Assembly (NCBI RefSeq): GCF_018255755.1
Contig: NZ_CP073766.1
Location: forward strand, 4,720,932-4,744,931
Length of the DNA stretch: 24,000 nucleotides
Direction of reading: 5' to 3'
Source: Chitinophaga sp. HK235
Lineage (GTDB): Bacteria > Bacteroidota > Bacteroidia > Chitinophagales > Chitinophagaceae
Shown here: piece after piece, positions 23,895 to 24,000 of the stretch
How the letters are laid out: every line of letters starts with the position of its first letter
How positions within the stretch are numbered: position 1 is the stretch's first letter
Notes under the pieces: model-generated
What the model was told of the DNA's origin: nothing
What the model saw: the letters and a program-made list of their open reading frames with translations, nothing else
The model's database searches: none
Position numbers and translations under genes: made by a program

Positions 23895-24000
23895 AGAGTT
23901 GTCTTTATGATAATTATGTTAAAATTTTCAAATATCTCCCTAAAAAAGTAAAAAACTCTGATTTCGTGCTAACTTTATGTTCGGAATCGCCGTATATTAA

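Noticed and set aside
1-24000. A search for a defence island, prophage, integrative element, CRISPR array, tRNA or rRNA.
   Set aside because: I found no integrase, transposase, nuclease/helicase/methylase-type ORFs, phage structural genes, spaced direct-repeat arrays or tRNA-like sequences. Gene content and spacing look like ordinary chromosomal operons.

Overview
This 24-kb window looks chromosomal, is about 50% GC, and is best explained as a Bacteroidota (Chitinophagaceae-like) genome. Support for that: TAnnTTTG-type -7 promoter boxes, A-rich leaders without Shine-Dalgarno sequences, and a TonB-dependent receptor paired with a surface lipoprotein. I support 24 protein-coding genes. I recognise no rRNA, tRNA, CRISPR array, transposase or integrase. 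Modules from left to right: (i) an SMI1/KNR4 protein, an AraC regulator and a divergent SnoaL-like gene; (ii) an orphan membrane-anchored zinc-ribbon protein and a small basic secreted protein; (iii) a four-gene TolC / MacA-like adaptor / ABC ATPase / MacB-type permease efflux operon on the minus strand; (iv) an AraC(cupin)-DUF983 pair; (v) a large secreted S9 serine peptidase followed by a 147-bp nested inverted repeat; (vi) a fatty-acid-hydroxylase/sterol-desaturase gene divergent from GntR(FadR-type), Fsr-like MFS and EamA genes, with a repeated 15-nt candidate operator; (vii) a TPR membrane protein; (viii) a seven-gene corrinoid unit made of a BtuB-like receptor, a DUF6580-like 6-TM protein, an Ig plus beta-propeller lipoprotein, and cobU-cobT-cobS-cobC. 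Most of the window is ordinary, and I see no canonical defence, toxin or mobile system. The best candidates for something under-described are: the two uncharacterised genes inside the corrinoid unit (a putative inner-membrane transporter and a surface binder); the apparent absence of a cobalamin riboswitch, with other structured hairpins occupying those positions; and the nested inverted repeat at 9696-9842. All family assignments come from reading the translations by eye, not from database searches.
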